Shown here piece by piece: positions 9,253-18,296 of a DNA stretch of 64,000 nt; the first letter of the stretch is position 1, and the number at the start of each line of letters is the position of its first letter. The translations under genes were made by a program, and so were the position numbers. The notes below the pieces were generated by a model, which was not told the DNA's origin, made no database searches, and was given only the letters and a program-made list of their open reading frames with translations. The stretch is taken from the IMG/VR virus record IMGVR_UViG_3300017754_001850, positions 2,451 through 66,450 of that record. One strand, 5' to 3'. The stretch comes from a virus (lineage: Duplodnaviria; Caudoviricetes).

Positions 9253-10056
9253 TTACAGACTGCATACTTCCTCCTCGTCTGATTCGCCATCAAAACAGCC
9301 GCATGGCGTCTCGATCACTTCCGTGAATAGCCGTAGCTGTGCATCATCGGCATCCGCCAGCGACTCCCATGACCAGTTCCGGCCCAGCCCCTTGACGGCT
9401 GTATTCTTCGACTGAGCATTTCGTTCCATCTCCACGGCCCTGGCGAATAAATCCGGATGCTCGCGGCGTAGCTTCAGAATCTCTCCCTTCTTCGAGGATG
9501 GGCAAAAGAAGCACGCAGACTTAACCGGAACCGGAATCCCAGCGCGAGTAATCGCCTCGATGCACTCCTTGCGTCCCCAGTTCCATTCGCGGAGTGGAAA
9601 GAAAAACTCCGTTTTTGGATCAGCCATTAAGCTGCGATGTGACTCGCCAGCGTCGTAGCCGATGGCCTGTCGGATCTTCAGGCCATCGGCTAGCGCCGGT
9701 TTCGCAAACTCCCAGTTATTGAAGAACTTGCGTTGCGGGTCAGCCTTCCATCGCTGAGAGCAGGTCTTGAATCCGTAGGCGATAGAAGGAAGCGTCTCCA
9801 TGCGAAGGCATTGCGCCTCTAGAGTTTTTGCGACGGCGTTGGGATTGTCCGCCACGGAAACCACTGTTATTTTTGGCCAGCCGATAGACGCGAGCCATTC
9901 GTCTACAACCTTCATATGGCTGTAGGTCTCCGGCTTTTCTCCGCCAGTGTCAGAAAACAGGATTAGGTCCGGCCTTTGCCCTCGCTCGTGAAACCCAACA
10001 AGCATGGCAGTTGAGTTCACGCCACCGCCATACGAAACTACCAATGGCGGCTTCAT
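9253..10056 (-). CDS. PAPS reductase-family (PP-loop) protein
   Basis: VSYGGGVNST, FSDTGGE, C..RWK, PL.EW, KSACFFCP. Start at ATG 10056 by ATGA coupling. Confidence 0.85.
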   Translation of the reverse strand: MKPPLVVSYGGGVNSTAMLVGFHERGQRPDLILFSDTGGEKPETYSHMKVVDEWLASIGWPKITVVSVADNPNAVAKTLEAQCLRMETLPSIAYGFKTCSQRWKADPQRKFFNNWEFAKPALADGLKIRQAIGYDAGESHRSLMADPKTEFFFPLREWNWGRKECIEAITRAGIPVPVKSACFFCPSSKKGEILKLRREHPDLFARAVEMERNAQSKNTAVKGLGRNWSWESLADADDAQLRLFTEVIETPCGCFDGESDEEEVCSL

Positions 10057-10391
10057 ACCTGGATCACCCAGCCCCATCGCCCGTCGCGCTGCTCGACGGT
10101 GATGGCGGCGATGGTGTAACTTGTCGGAACGCACCCAAAGAATCCGATATTGATTCCGTCGTCGGGCTTGCCGTAGGGGCAGGTGAAAAACGGGTTGCCG
10201 CACATGTTTTGCTTGTGCGTGCCGCGCTTGCCCCAGAAACACCACTCGTCTGTCTTGTTGTAGCGGTCCGGATACCACAGCGAGGTGTCGTTGTATCGCT
10301 CGTCCGGCTGCTTCCGCATCGCCCGCCAGAACCGCCGCTCGCCGTTCGCGTAGGCGGCTGATTCAGCGCGGTTGAGTCTCAATGTCTTCAT
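10053..10391 (-). CDS. hypothetical protein (truncated ASCH-like, CPYGKP motif)
   Basis: Coupled ORF; RAMRKQP...TCPYGKPDD. Confidence 0.6.
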   Translation of the reverse strand: MKTLRLNRAESAAYANGERRFWRAMRKQPDERYNDTSLWYPDRYNKTDEWCFWGKRGTHKQNMCGNPFFTCPYGKPDDGINIGFFGCVPTSYTIAAITVEQRDGRWGWVIQV

Positions 10392-10837
10392 ACCACACCT
10401 TCTGAAATGCGCTTATCCCGCATCTCTCGATATTTCCTTGCTCCGTATATCGCCTTACATCGACGGCAGAATCTAAATCCTGCTTTGCTGAAGCTGAACT
10501 CGTCGTCACACCTAGGGCATCTCCGCTTCTTGGCATTGCCGTTAATCATAAGCCCGTCACGGGTAGCGTCCTGTAAATTGGTTCTGTTGTCAGCGATATA
10601 CAGGTGTGATGGATTACAGCATGACTTCACATTGCACCGATGGCAGGAAAACAGACCTTTTGGTATCTCAAGCCCAAGATGCTGGAGGATAAAGCGGTGG
10701 GCTGGTATCATTCTGCCGTTCGCGTAGAATGCCCCATACCCATCAACTCCGTTTGTTCCGCCAGTCCACAGCCAGCAGCCTGAGTTTGGTTCTGGGATGA
10801 CTCGCCCCATAAATCTATCGATTGCGCTCTTTTTCAT
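10388..10837 (-). CDS. HNH homing endonuclease
   Basis: PEPNSGCWLWTG, AHRF, CHRCNVKSCCNPSHL; start after GGAGGG. Confidence 0.9.
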   Translation of the reverse strand: MKKSAIDRFMGRVIPEPNSGCWLWTGGTNGVDGYGAFYANGRMIPAHRFILQHLGLEIPKGLFSCHRCNVKSCCNPSHLYIADNRTNLQDATRDGLMINGNAKKRRCPRCDDEFSFSKAGFRFCRRCKAIYGARKYREMRDKRISEGVV

Positions 10838-10850
10838 GCACCCTCCAGCT

Positions 10851-10991
10851 TTACTGCTTCGATACCACTTTTTCAATGTAGGCGCGAAGGAACGCCGATA
10901 CACCGCTGAACCCGGCTTCAGCGGCCTTAATGCGAAGCGGCTTGATCTGACTATCCGGGATGCGAAACGAGATTAGAGTTTGCTTTGTCAT
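10851..10991 (-). CDS. RHH DNA-binding protein, 46 aa
   Basis: Translated by hand: MTKQTLISFRIPDSQIKPLRIKAAEAGFSGVSAFLRAYIEKVVSKQ. Confidence 0.75.
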   Translation of the reverse strand: MTKQTLISFRIPDSQIKPLRIKAAEAGFSGVSAFLRAYIEKVVSKQ

Positions 10992-10997
10992 AGATAA

Positions 10998-11026
10998 ATC
11001 TTATCACGCAAGTCACTACTACGCAA
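10998..11026 (-). promoter_or_regulatory. sigma70-type promoter, leaderless
   Basis: TTGCGT-17nt-TAAGAT with ATG 6 nt downstream. Confidence 0.6.
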
Positions 11027-11222
11027 TCCGATCCTTTCTTCGCTCGATGGCGCGGAGGTTTTTTGCGTGACGGTGAACGGCACGCCACTGGCGATCAAAA
11101 TACGGGTCATCCCAGTAGATCTCGACCATGCCGAGCGTAACTCGGTAGCGGTCATTCGCCGATAGTGCCCTCTCCCGCGCAATACCCAGCCGCTTGCGGG
11201 CCATGCGGATGCGGCTGGTCAC
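11019..11222 (-). CDS. hypothetical basic protein
   Basis: GTG start with GTGA overlap. Confidence 0.55.
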   Translation of the reverse strand: MTSRIRMARKRLGIARERALSANDRYRVTLGMVEIYWDDPYFDRQWRAVHRHAKNLRAIERRKDRIA

Positions 11223-11431
11223 TCCGCACCACCAATCTGCTTGTCCGATACTGCAATCGGGAAGTGTTCGGCAAATGGAGCAATGACCCACTCCATCACC
11301 CAATTGATTGCCGTCCCCCACAAAGCGATAAACTCGCCGCACTCCCAGCAGTACGCGCCTTTGAAGATCGGGTATAGCATGTAGGCATGGTGCAGCCGTT
11401 TGCAGCCGCATGACGGGCATTTAGTTGGCAT
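11219..11431 (-). CDS. zinc-ribbon protein
   Basis: CPSCG...CWECG. Confidence 0.6.
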   Translation of the reverse strand: MPTKCPSCGCKRLHHAYMLYPIFKGAYCWECGEFIALWGTAINWVMEWVIAPFAEHFPIAVSDKQIGGAE

Positions 11432-11646
11432 CACTTCACGCCTCTCAGTAACTCCGCGCCCATCGCCCATTTCGTGAACTTGAGAAGCTCCATGTACTCA
11501 ATCGTCGTCATCCTGCCTCCTCCACTCGTCTCAACTACAACCACGCCATGACGCTTGCCCATGACGATCCGGCGCAGTACCTTCGACTTCCAGACATCTC
11601 CGCGCCGTGGCTTGACGACGGCGACGTAGGCTTTGCGGTCGCTCAC
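11431..11646 (-). CDS. hypothetical protein
   Basis: Coupled ORF in the early operon. Confidence 0.6.
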   Translation of the reverse strand: MSDRKAYVAVVKPRRGDVWKSKVLRRIVMGKRHGVVVVETSGGGRMTTIEYMELLKFTKWAMGAELLRGVK

Positions 11647-11918
11647 GGCTTCACCTCCGGCGCGGCTTCGACGGCGGCGATGGCGGTGTCGGCAGTAGTG
11701 TAATCGTGCGTCCCGCCTCCTTTTGGAAACAGATAGACAGCCATCGAGTCGTCCAGTTCAAGCCGCCCTTTAAGGCGTGCGTACTTCGCCCACGCCTTCG
11801 CGCAGCGGGCGAGGGCGGCGATGTCGGCGGTGTTGAGGTAATCAGCGATTCCAGCGTCATGGTCAGCGGCGTATGCGTCGCAGAGCGACACGAGAGCCTC
11901 CAGTCGTTTAGCGTCCAT
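11643..11918 (-). CDS. hypothetical protein
   Basis: ATG 11918 after GGAGG. Confidence 0.55.
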   Translation of the reverse strand: MDAKRLEALVSLCDAYAADHDAGIADYLNTADIAALARCAKAWAKYARLKGRLELDDSMAVYLFPKGGGTHDYTTADTAIAAVEAAPEVKP

Positions 11919-12525
11919 CGGTGGCCTCCAGTCGGTCGGCTTCGGCATCGCAATCGGCGCATCGTTGGTATACGACCTTTTTGCCGTCGATGGCAGCGTA
12001 ACTGCACTTCAGGCACTCGCCCTTCTTACTTCCAAGTTGCGCTACTTTGGCTAAAGCCAATTGCAATCCGCCGATATCGCTGTCGTTGTAACACCCGCAC
12101 ATCACATGGTCAATCGTGGTTCGCAGTTCCTTCGAGACTTCCTCTAACGCCTCCGCCTTAATCCGTGCCAGCGACTGCGCCGGGGTGCGGGCGGTCACGG
12201 TTCGGATACGCTCGTCAATTTCAGGCCACCTCCGAGACTCGCCGTTTTCGTCCACCTTCTGAATCCACTGCAACGCCCCTCTCAGGTCTTCGGCGTGCGC
12301 CTGTGCCTCGTCGCGCTCCCGCTCGGCGGCTTCGGCGCGGGCTTGCAGTTGAGTGTTGCTGACATACAAGCCAGCACTGTTTTCCCGCAGCCGCTCCACC
12401 TCGGCGCGGAGTTGGTCGCGCTCGGCGGTGAGGGCATTCCATTTATGCTGGCCCACTAAATGCGCTCCTTTGAAGAGTTCATGCATTGCCTCGTTCATTT
12501 CGTGAACTTCATCTGGTCCCATCAC
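11908..12525 (-). CDS. Ead/Ea22-like coiled-coil protein
   Basis: LTAERDQLRAEVERLR...ARIKAEALEE. Confidence 0.6.
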   Translation of the reverse strand: MMGPDEVHEMNEAMHELFKGAHLVGQHKWNALTAERDQLRAEVERLRENSAGLYVSNTQLQARAEAAERERDEAQAHAEDLRGALQWIQKVDENGESRRWPEIDERIRTVTARTPAQSLARIKAEALEEVSKELRTTIDHVMCGCYNDSDIGGLQLALAKVAQLGSKKGECLKCSYAAIDGKKVVYQRCADCDAEADRLEATDGR

Positions 12526-13061
12526 TTCGCCTCCCGTAACCGCTTGGCCGCTTGCCGTAAATCGTCTGCTAGCTTCGCGTGGCTAAACGCTCGTAACCCC
12601 ATCTCGTTCTCGGACAGAAACATCGATCTCAATTCCATATCCGCACCGGCCAGTCGCTCTAGTTCCTCCGCCGCACCCTCCCGCCGCTGCTGGGCAAGCA
12701 TATCCCGCAACGCATCGCCAAACACGCTGCCATTTGGATGCCCGATAAGCGCCGGATCTCCACCGTCGCGGACGTGAGCAAAGGCGGTGAGCGTCATTGC
12801 GCGTTCATGTCGCCAACCTTGGAGTTCTATTTCCAACCCACGCACGTACTCCAGGATGGCGGGGAAGGCGTTGTGGATGGCGCACAAAGCAGGTCCAGCT
12901 TCTTTAGCGGGATACTCAAACGTACTCCACATCATGCAGACATTTGTTCCGCCCGTGGCAGATATCTGATGGCGACCGGCTTTTGAGATTGTGTAACGCC
13001 AGTCTCCTTTTGGCAGCGCCTCTAACAGCCGCGCCAGTTCGTCGAGCTTCGCTTTATCCAC
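12522..13061 (-). CDS. Ead/Ea22-like protein
   Basis: LDELARLLEALPKGDW...IHNAFPAILEYVRGLE; GTG start. Confidence 0.6.
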   Translation of the reverse strand: MDKAKLDELARLLEALPKGDWRYTISKAGRHQISATGGTNVCMMWSTFEYPAKEAGPALCAIHNAFPAILEYVRGLEIELQGWRHERAMTLTAFAHVRDGGDPALIGHPNGSVFGDALRDMLAQQRREGAAEELERLAGADMELRSMFLSENEMGLRAFSHAKLADDLRQAAKRLREAK

Positions 13062-13548
13062 GTTGGGCCTCTTTCCACTTTTCGATGAGGGTGATAGTGT
13101 CGTTAGCCTTCGCCATTGCTTCGGCATCTCCCGGAGCGGAATACTCATGGTCATTGCACACGATGTTGACTACACAGCGGCAGTCTTGTAGAGCCCGCTC
13201 CGCCGCCGCGATCACCTCCGCCGCTGACGGACCCCGCTTCACTCCGCGCCGTAGATCCTTCGCCCGGTTCCGGCAGATACGCCGAATGTCGTCACGGGCG
13301 TCGTCTGGTTCAATGCACTCCTGGATGTGCGCGGACAGCATGTCGAGCTCGTCCGCCACGGCAAGGTCCGCCGCCGTGGGCACGCTTTCCTCGCGGGCTT
13401 CGGCTTCGGCGAGGAGGCGCTCCATTAGGTCGTACTCTCCCTGGATAGGCGCAGGCCAGCTCCAGCGATCCGACCAGCCCCAGCTCGCCACGTGTGCGAG
13501 GCCCGCGATCCGTCCCCGCAACCACTCCGCGCTACGATTCTGCGACAT
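13054..13548 (-). CDS. hypothetical protein
   Basis: ATG 13548 after GGAGGT. Confidence 0.55.
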   Translation of the reverse strand: MSQNRSAEWLRGRIAGLAHVASWGWSDRWSWPAPIQGEYDLMERLLAEAEAREESVPTAADLAVADELDMLSAHIQECIEPDDARDDIRRICRNRAKDLRRGVKRGPSAAEVIAAAERALQDCRCVVNIVCNDHEYSAPGDAEAMAKANDTITLIEKWKEAQRG

Positions 13549-13726
13549 GTAATACCTCCGATGGTTCCGGCGTGCCGTGCCAGTCACGCCATGTTGACAG
13601 GGTTGTCTTTTCCATATGGCTCGTCCAGATGACGTTCTCGCCTTCAACGCGGACAACGTACGCAGGCTCATCGTGAACCGTTTGAAGTACGTCTCCAGCC
13701 TGCGGGTTCACTCTCGGATCACGCAC
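13532..13726 (-). CDS. hypothetical protein
   Basis: Coupled ORF (MRDPRVNPQAGD). Confidence 0.55.
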   Translation of the reverse strand: MRDPRVNPQAGDVLQTVHDEPAYVVRVEGENVIWTSHMEKTTLSTWRDWHGTPEPSEVLHVAES

Positions 13727-13977
13727 ACTCCACCTCCTGTCGGTGGTTTATGCCAGTGCGATATCCCGATGTAATTCGGCCACTCGTCGAACGGAGGCAT
13801 ATATAACAACACTTGCGTCCCATCCTTGGGAGCAGTGTCAATTGCCCGCCACCGCCGCTCCTCGTGGGCCTGAATGGCCGCGTCAACCGCAACATCCCAG
13901 TCGTCTGCTGATGTAGGCCCGGTAGCATTCCAGAACGCCTCTTGCGCCACCCGCCCTAGTGTCTTCTCGACCATCAC
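13708..13977 (-). CDS. DUF551-like protein
   Basis: WRAIDTAPKDGTQVLLY. Confidence 0.65.
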   Translation of the reverse strand: MMVEKTLGRVAQEAFWNATGPTSADDWDVAVDAAIQAHEERRWRAIDTAPKDGTQVLLYMPPFDEWPNYIGISHWHKPPTGGGVCVIRE

Positions 13978-14147
13978 ACCACCTCCGCCGCCAAATACTC
14001 GCGCTTCCGCGCTTCCCGCGTAATCGCCGCGTCCCGATTCGCCGCCGCCCAGGCTGCGATGTAGTTCCAGATGCTAGCGCGGGTTGGCTTCCAGCGCAGG
14101 TAGGCGATGCCAAATAGGCACGCAGAGCCAGCCAGTGCGACCTCCAT
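13974..14147 (-). CDS. small membrane-anchored protein
   Basis: Hydrophobic N-terminus MEVALAGSACLFGIAYL. Confidence 0.5.
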   Translation of the reverse strand: MEVALAGSACLFGIAYLRWKPTRASIWNYIAAWAAANRDAAITREARKREYLAAEVV

Positions 14148-14455
14148 TACTTTGCTTCCCTTTTCGGCGGCGTCGGCAACAGAGGGCGGCAGAAGTGGGT
14201 CCAACCCAGTTCAATGACCTTCTGCTTTGATAGCTGTGCCGCAAAAAACTGATTCCAATTACCGTCGCTCTCAATCTTGCCGATCATCACCCCGCAGCAG
14301 ACATCCTTGGGATAATCCGCAATCGGCCTCCACTCCAGCCCTCGCAGGGCGGTCAGGGCGGCGTGAGCCTCAGCGCACGGTACAAGGCCACCCATCTTCA
14401 TTCGGTGGATACTCTCCACCAGCGCCTCCTCCACGATCTTCAATACGTCACTCAC
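14147..14455 (-). CDS. DUF551-like protein
   Basis: EWRPIADYPKD...WTHFCRPLLPTPP. Confidence 0.6.
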   Translation of the reverse strand: MSDVLKIVEEALVESIHRMKMGGLVPCAEAHAALTALRGLEWRPIADYPKDVCCGVMIGKIESDGNWNQFFAAQLSKQKVIELGWTHFCRPLLPTPPKREAK

Positions 14456-14603
14456 TCTTCACCTCCAGATCCTTCACCACCAAGTCCCGCAGGTACTGCG
14501 ACCGCGTGACCGACAAGTCAGCGCACCGCGCCGACACCGCTCTCAGCACCTGCTTATCAACCAGGAGCGTGATGTGTTCTGTTTTCCGTTTTGCTTTCGC
14601 CAT
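14448..14603 (-). CDS. RHH DNA-binding protein, 51 aa
   Basis: MAKAKRKTEHITLLVDKQVLRAVSARCADLSVTRSQYLRDLVVKDLEVKSE. Extended -10 (TG-T-TATATT) lies 7 nt upstream. Confidence 0.75.
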   Translation of the reverse strand: MAKAKRKTEHITLLVDKQVLRAVSARCADLSVTRSQYLRDLVVKDLEVKSE

Positions 14604-14624
14604 TGAACATAATATAACATGCAT

Positions 14625-14662
14625 AAAAAGGAAAAGCTACCCTTTCGAGTAGCTTTCTTTTT
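14625..14662 (-). terminator. intrinsic terminator of the recombination operon (possibly bidirectional)
   Basis: AAAGCTAC/GTAGCTTT stem with T-tracts on both strands. Confidence 0.75.
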
Positions 14663-14761
14663 GCCGGGAAACCTCCCAGGATACCGGCTTCCTTTACACT
14701 GAGGTGGCCTCTGCTTTCTGTAATGTACCCTTAACGGGGGTCATGCGCTTGTTAGAGATTG

Positions 14762-15181
14762 CTAAAACGGTACCGAATCGTCGCTGCTGCTCTCGCCGAA
14801 CGGCGACGACTCAACCGCGATAACCTTCAGCCCCGCGCCGTCGCCGGGGACATAGATGTTCTTCAGGTTGACCTTGCCCTTGTACTCCTCGGCCTTGGCC
14901 TGGATGTCGCGGTCGGCCAGCGCCAGCTTGATATGGTCGCTCCAGCCAGGGCCAGCCAGCCGCTTGCGGTCGCAGCCAAACTCAATCAGCCGTTCCCGCA
15001 GGCGCTCACTGTTCGTCATGCCATCCTTCCCTTTGCTATTGCCGAGGAACACGAGAGTGCCGTGCTTCCCCTCGCCGGGGATGTCGATGGTGAACTTGGC
15101 GGCTTGCGTCTCGCCTTGCCCAACCGAAACGATCTCAAAGTCGGCGAACTTGCCGGTGTAATACTTCTCTGCTTCAATCAT
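14762..15181 (-). CDS. ssDNA-binding protein-like (DUF669-like)
   Basis: Acidic C-terminus SSSDDSVPF; follows RecT- and YqaJ-like genes. Confidence 0.65.
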   Translation of the reverse strand: MIEAEKYYTGKFADFEIVSVGQGETQAAKFTIDIPGEGKHGTLVFLGNSKGKDGMTNSERLRERLIEFGCDRKRLAGPGWSDHIKLALADRDIQAKAEEYKGKVNLKNIYVPGDGAGLKVIAVESSPFGESSSDDSVPF

Positions 15182-15885
15182 GCTTTCGCCACCTCAAGGC
15201 GTTCTTTCAATTCGTCAACCTTCGACGCCGATTTGGCGGCGATGTTCTTTTCAGTTTCCGACACAACTGCGTCGAGAAGCTCGTTCGGGTCGGCCATCGC
15301 AGCGCCGTCGACCTCGGATGCGTGCCACTTGTGGAAGTTAGTTATCATGCGAGCAAACAGCATGTTCTCAGGGATCTTGTCGTAGTTCCCCTTCTTGCCG
15401 TCCTTGCCGCGCGAGTTGTCGATGTAGCCAGCCTTCTCAGCTTGCTTTGCAGTGAATGTGACGCGCAGCGGCTTGTCGTTCACGTCGAGCATCCACTCGC
15501 CCTTGTACTTGAATTGGTACGTGCATTCCGCCTCCGTGTGGGTTACGGGAAACCACTTGTACCCAGCCTGCGCCAGCATATTGGCGCGAGCTTCGGCGAA
15601 CAGCCGGGGCCGACCACCCTGCATAAACAAGCGGGTCAGAGAGTGCGCTGCGCCCCACCCGTAATCACGCCCCAAGGCGATGATCGTGCGGGCGTCATCC
15701 TCGCTCATGCCAGCGCCCTTGGCGTAGGTCTGCGCCATGTAGCGGTCGGCCACGGCCTGCTCGTACTGGTTGCGGGCTGTCTCGCTGATGATCGACTCCA
15801 TCATCTCGATGGTCGCGTTCATCGGCGTCTTCTTCGGTGCCTCTTCCTGCACCTGGACTACAACTTCTTCTACTGCTGGACTCAT
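15178..15885 (-). CDS. RecT-like single-strand annealing protein
   Basis: GRPRLFAE, VTFTAKQAEKAG, YDKIPENMLFAR; position after the exonuclease gene. Confidence 0.75.
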   Translation of the reverse strand: MSPAVEEVVVQVQEEAPKKTPMNATIEMMESIISETARNQYEQAVADRYMAQTYAKGAGMSEDDARTIIALGRDYGWGAAHSLTRLFMQGGRPRLFAEARANMLAQAGYKWFPVTHTEAECTYQFKYKGEWMLDVNDKPLRVTFTAKQAEKAGYIDNSRGKDGKKGNYDKIPENMLFARMITNFHKWHASEVDGAAMADPNELLDAVVSETEKNIAAKSASKVDELKERLEVAKA

Positions 15886-16826
15886 TTTTTCTCCTTTATC
15901 GGGTACACACGCAACGGTCGAGACATCGACCGATACATATACTTCATTGCCAGTTCAGGCTCCTCTTTCTTGAGCCTGTCAACGTCGATCCGCCAGGACT
16001 CTTGAGGGGCAGACGTTACCTTATCGTTGCCAATACGGACCACCGCATTATCTCCGATGGCCTTGTCGATCGCAGGACGCAGCGCCTTCTTCGCCTTCTC
16101 AGCCTCCTTCTCGATCGAGTCCAGTTGCCGGAACTGCTTCCAGTCTGGCGGCTCCTCAATCTGGATCAGCCCGTTGTCCTCGACGTTCTCCCACTCCTGC
16201 TCGCGGCACAACGCGCCGTACTCGCAACCGTCACAGCGGCTGTCACGCTCAGCCAGCACTGCCGGTATTTGACCGTTCTCGACCATATCCCAGAACAGGT
16301 TGACCTCGTTCGTGACGTTCGCCATAAGGTCGGCATCGTACTCGAACTCGAAAGTATACGGATCGCCGCCAGCGTCACGATTCCACGCGCAGATAGCACC
16401 CCAGTCCCGCTGCCACAACTTCATACCCCACTGGAGTTGCAGCACGTAGCCCACGTCGACGCCTTGGCGCATCCATTTCCAGAACGTCTGATCGCCAACT
16501 ACCTTGATCTCGGCTATCCCAGGCGTCTCGCGCGCCTTCTGGATCTCTCTGTCGATATGAACTCCGTGATGGTTATCAGAGCGAGCGGCGCGCTTGATGA
16601 GACGCCATCCCTTCAACGCCTGCACTTTGTCGGCAACGTACTCTTCCATTGCCACGCCAATCTCCATCGCTCCTGACATCTGGAACGGGCGGTCAGGCTC
16701 AATACCAGACTTGCGATACCACAGTAGGCGTTGGCACCCGTATGGCTCAAGCGACAAAACGTGTGCGATATCGCTGCCGCCGACGAAGCCTTTGCGGTCG
16801 GATGGGTTGGAGGTGATTCCTACCAC
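15882..16826 (-). CDS. YqaJ-like exonuclease / viral recombinase
   Basis: RKGFVGGSDIAHVL, G..MEEYVA, IDR, AEIK, Y..QLQWGM. Confidence 0.9.
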   Translation of the reverse strand: MVGITSNPSDRKGFVGGSDIAHVLSLEPYGCQRLLWYRKSGIEPDRPFQMSGAMEIGVAMEEYVADKVQALKGWRLIKRAARSDNHHGVHIDREIQKARETPGIAEIKVVGDQTFWKWMRQGVDVGYVLQLQWGMKLWQRDWGAICAWNRDAGGDPYTFEFEYDADLMANVTNEVNLFWDMVENGQIPAVLAERDSRCDGCEYGALCREQEWENVEDNGLIQIEEPPDWKQFRQLDSIEKEAEKAKKALRPAIDKAIGDNAVVRIGNDKVTSAPQESWRIDVDRLKKEEPELAMKYMYRSMSRPLRVYPIKEKK

Positions 16827-17047
16827 ACCTGATCCTCGTTATATCCCCGATCCACCACCCGCCAGTCTCGAAGCGGCGACGACGCATAGCCGTGCTTTAA
16901 TAGCGACTCGCGGGCGTTCTCCGGCGTGCAGTTCCAATACAGCGCCATCTCTTCGCAGGCTTGCTGCATGGTGAGCCTGGCTGTCGGCTTAGCCGTGCCC
17001 CAGCGCCCTCCGTATGCGAAGCCTGCAATTACTTGTGGGTCTTCCAT
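16820..17047 (-). CDS. hypothetical protein
   Basis: ORF with SD GAGGA. Confidence 0.55.
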   Translation of the reverse strand: MEDPQVIAGFAYGGRWGTAKPTARLTMQQACEEMALYWNCTPENARESLLKHGYASSPLRDWRVVDRGYNEDQVW

Positions 17048-17178
17048 GTTTTCCTCTCAATCGCCTTCGCAATCAGCGCGTCCAGCCAATCGCGAATCGT
17101 CTTCCTGTCCATAGCTGCGAGCGCCTTCGCTTGCGCCCACTTTTCCGGGTCAATCTCCACTGATTGCTTCCTGAACAC
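17029..17178 (-). CDS. RHH DNA-binding protein, 49 aa
   Basis: GTG-FRKQSVEIDPEKWAQAKALAAMDRKTIRDWLDALIAKAIERKTWKTHK. Confidence 0.7.
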   Translation of the reverse strand: MFRKQSVEIDPEKWAQAKALAAMDRKTIRDWLDALIAKAIERKTWKTHK

Positions 17179-17183
17179 AATTA

Positions 17184-17212
17184 AGTGTAGTGGATTTAGT
17201 GGAGAGAGTCAA
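17184..17212 (-). promoter_or_regulatory. sigma70-type promoter, leaderless
   Basis: TTGACT-17nt-TACACT with GTG 5 nt downstream. Confidence 0.7.
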
Positions 17213-17381
17213 CTTCCAAGTACACGGCCACACCCAACTCGCTGAAGTGATCGAACTCAAACCCATCGAACTTCTTCGGCGGTACCGCGTGCCAGCCGAA
17301 CCACGTCGACTTCACTTCCAGTTCGACCAGCCCTTCTCGGATGTCGCCTTCGTTCGAGATCATGCGGCAGTGGGTGATCAT
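17196..17381 (-). CDS. hypothetical protein
   Basis: ATG 17381 after AAGGAGGT. Confidence 0.55.
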   Translation of the reverse strand: MITHCRMISNEGDIREGLVELEVKSTWFGWHAVPPKKFDGFEFDHFSELGVAVYLEVDSLH

Positions 17382-17716
17382 GATATTACCTCCTTGCCGT
17401 ACACCTTCAGCCACTCACCGAACCGAATACCGCTGTCGTGGTCGAGGAATGCGCGGTACCGCTTCTGACTTCGCGTTAACTTCGGAGGCTTCGGACTCTC
17501 CGCCGCCATCGCCGCTTTACCAGCCTCAGTGACGTAGCAGTTGTAGTAGGGCAAGTATTCTCGCGAGAACGTCTCCATGTAACCCATTTCGACAAGCTCG
17601 CGGCAGGTCGCCTCATCATCGCCGCCAGCGCAAAAGTGGGTGCGGTAATGCTTGCCTTGCCCGTACTCATCGACGCCGAGGGCGTGTTGGAGGATGTGTA
17701 GTTGCTCTAGTGTCAT
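17378..17716 (-). CDS. hypothetical protein
   Basis: Coupled 112 aa ORF. Confidence 0.65.
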   Translation of the reverse strand: MTLEQLHILQHALGVDEYGQGKHYRTHFCAGGDDEATCRELVEMGYMETFSREYLPYYNCYVTEAGKAAMAAESPKPPKLTRSQKRYRAFLDHDSGIRFGEWLKVYGKEVIS

Positions 17717-17928
17717 ACCTTCGTCCTCCCAATCCCATGCGTGTCACAGATGATGCGCTCGTACTCCTCATCCCACGGCATAACGGCTTCGTGCCGGTCA
17801 CTCATGGCAAAGTACATGTTGCATGAGGTGCAGCGCAGCTTGCGCGTCATCGCATCGTATGTCTCGATTACCTCTGGGGTGTGACACCAGAACGGCCATG
17901 GCAGGAGGCAGAGTAGTCGTTGGATCAT
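17713..17928 (-). CDS. hypothetical zinc-binding protein
   Basis: WCH...CTSC; ATGA overlaps. Confidence 0.55.
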   Translation of the reverse strand: MIQRLLCLLPWPFWCHTPEVIETYDAMTRKLRCTSCNMYFAMSDRHEAVMPWDEEYERIICDTHGIGRTKV

Positions 17929-18296
17929 CGCGCAAACCCCCTCTCCCTGTACATCTTCTCCATCTCATCCTCCAGGTTGACCACCTGCACGCACAGATAC
18001 TCGATCATCGCGTGCAGGTGGTTGAAGTGAATAGGGTTAATGAGCTTGAGTTTTATCCCAGCCCTGCCCAACTCACGGTAGATAGTGTTGGAGCAGTGGA
18101 GCATCAATTCATGCGTCACCACGCCATTCCCTTTCTTGCGGTTGCAGTAGTAGTGGGCCGGTGCGAGGTTCGCCTTAGCGTTGGTGCCGCCAGCACACTT
18201 CGGTACTACATGGTCTTTCGTCCCAAACAATGGATGCTTAGGCGTCACGATGCTCGGAGGTATCGGCAGCAGGCAGATGTGGCAGAGGTGCGTCAT
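17925..18296 (-). CDS. HNH endonuclease (McrA/5-methylcytosine-type fold)
   Basis: CHICLLPI, TKDHVVPKCAGGTN...NLAPAH..CN.KKG. Confidence 0.85.
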   Translation of the reverse strand: MTHLCHICLLPIPPSIVTPKHPLFGTKDHVVPKCAGGTNAKANLAPAHYYCNRKKGNGVVTHELMLHCSNTIYRELGRAGIKLKLINPIHFNHLHAMIEYLCVQVVNLEDEMEKMYRERGFAR

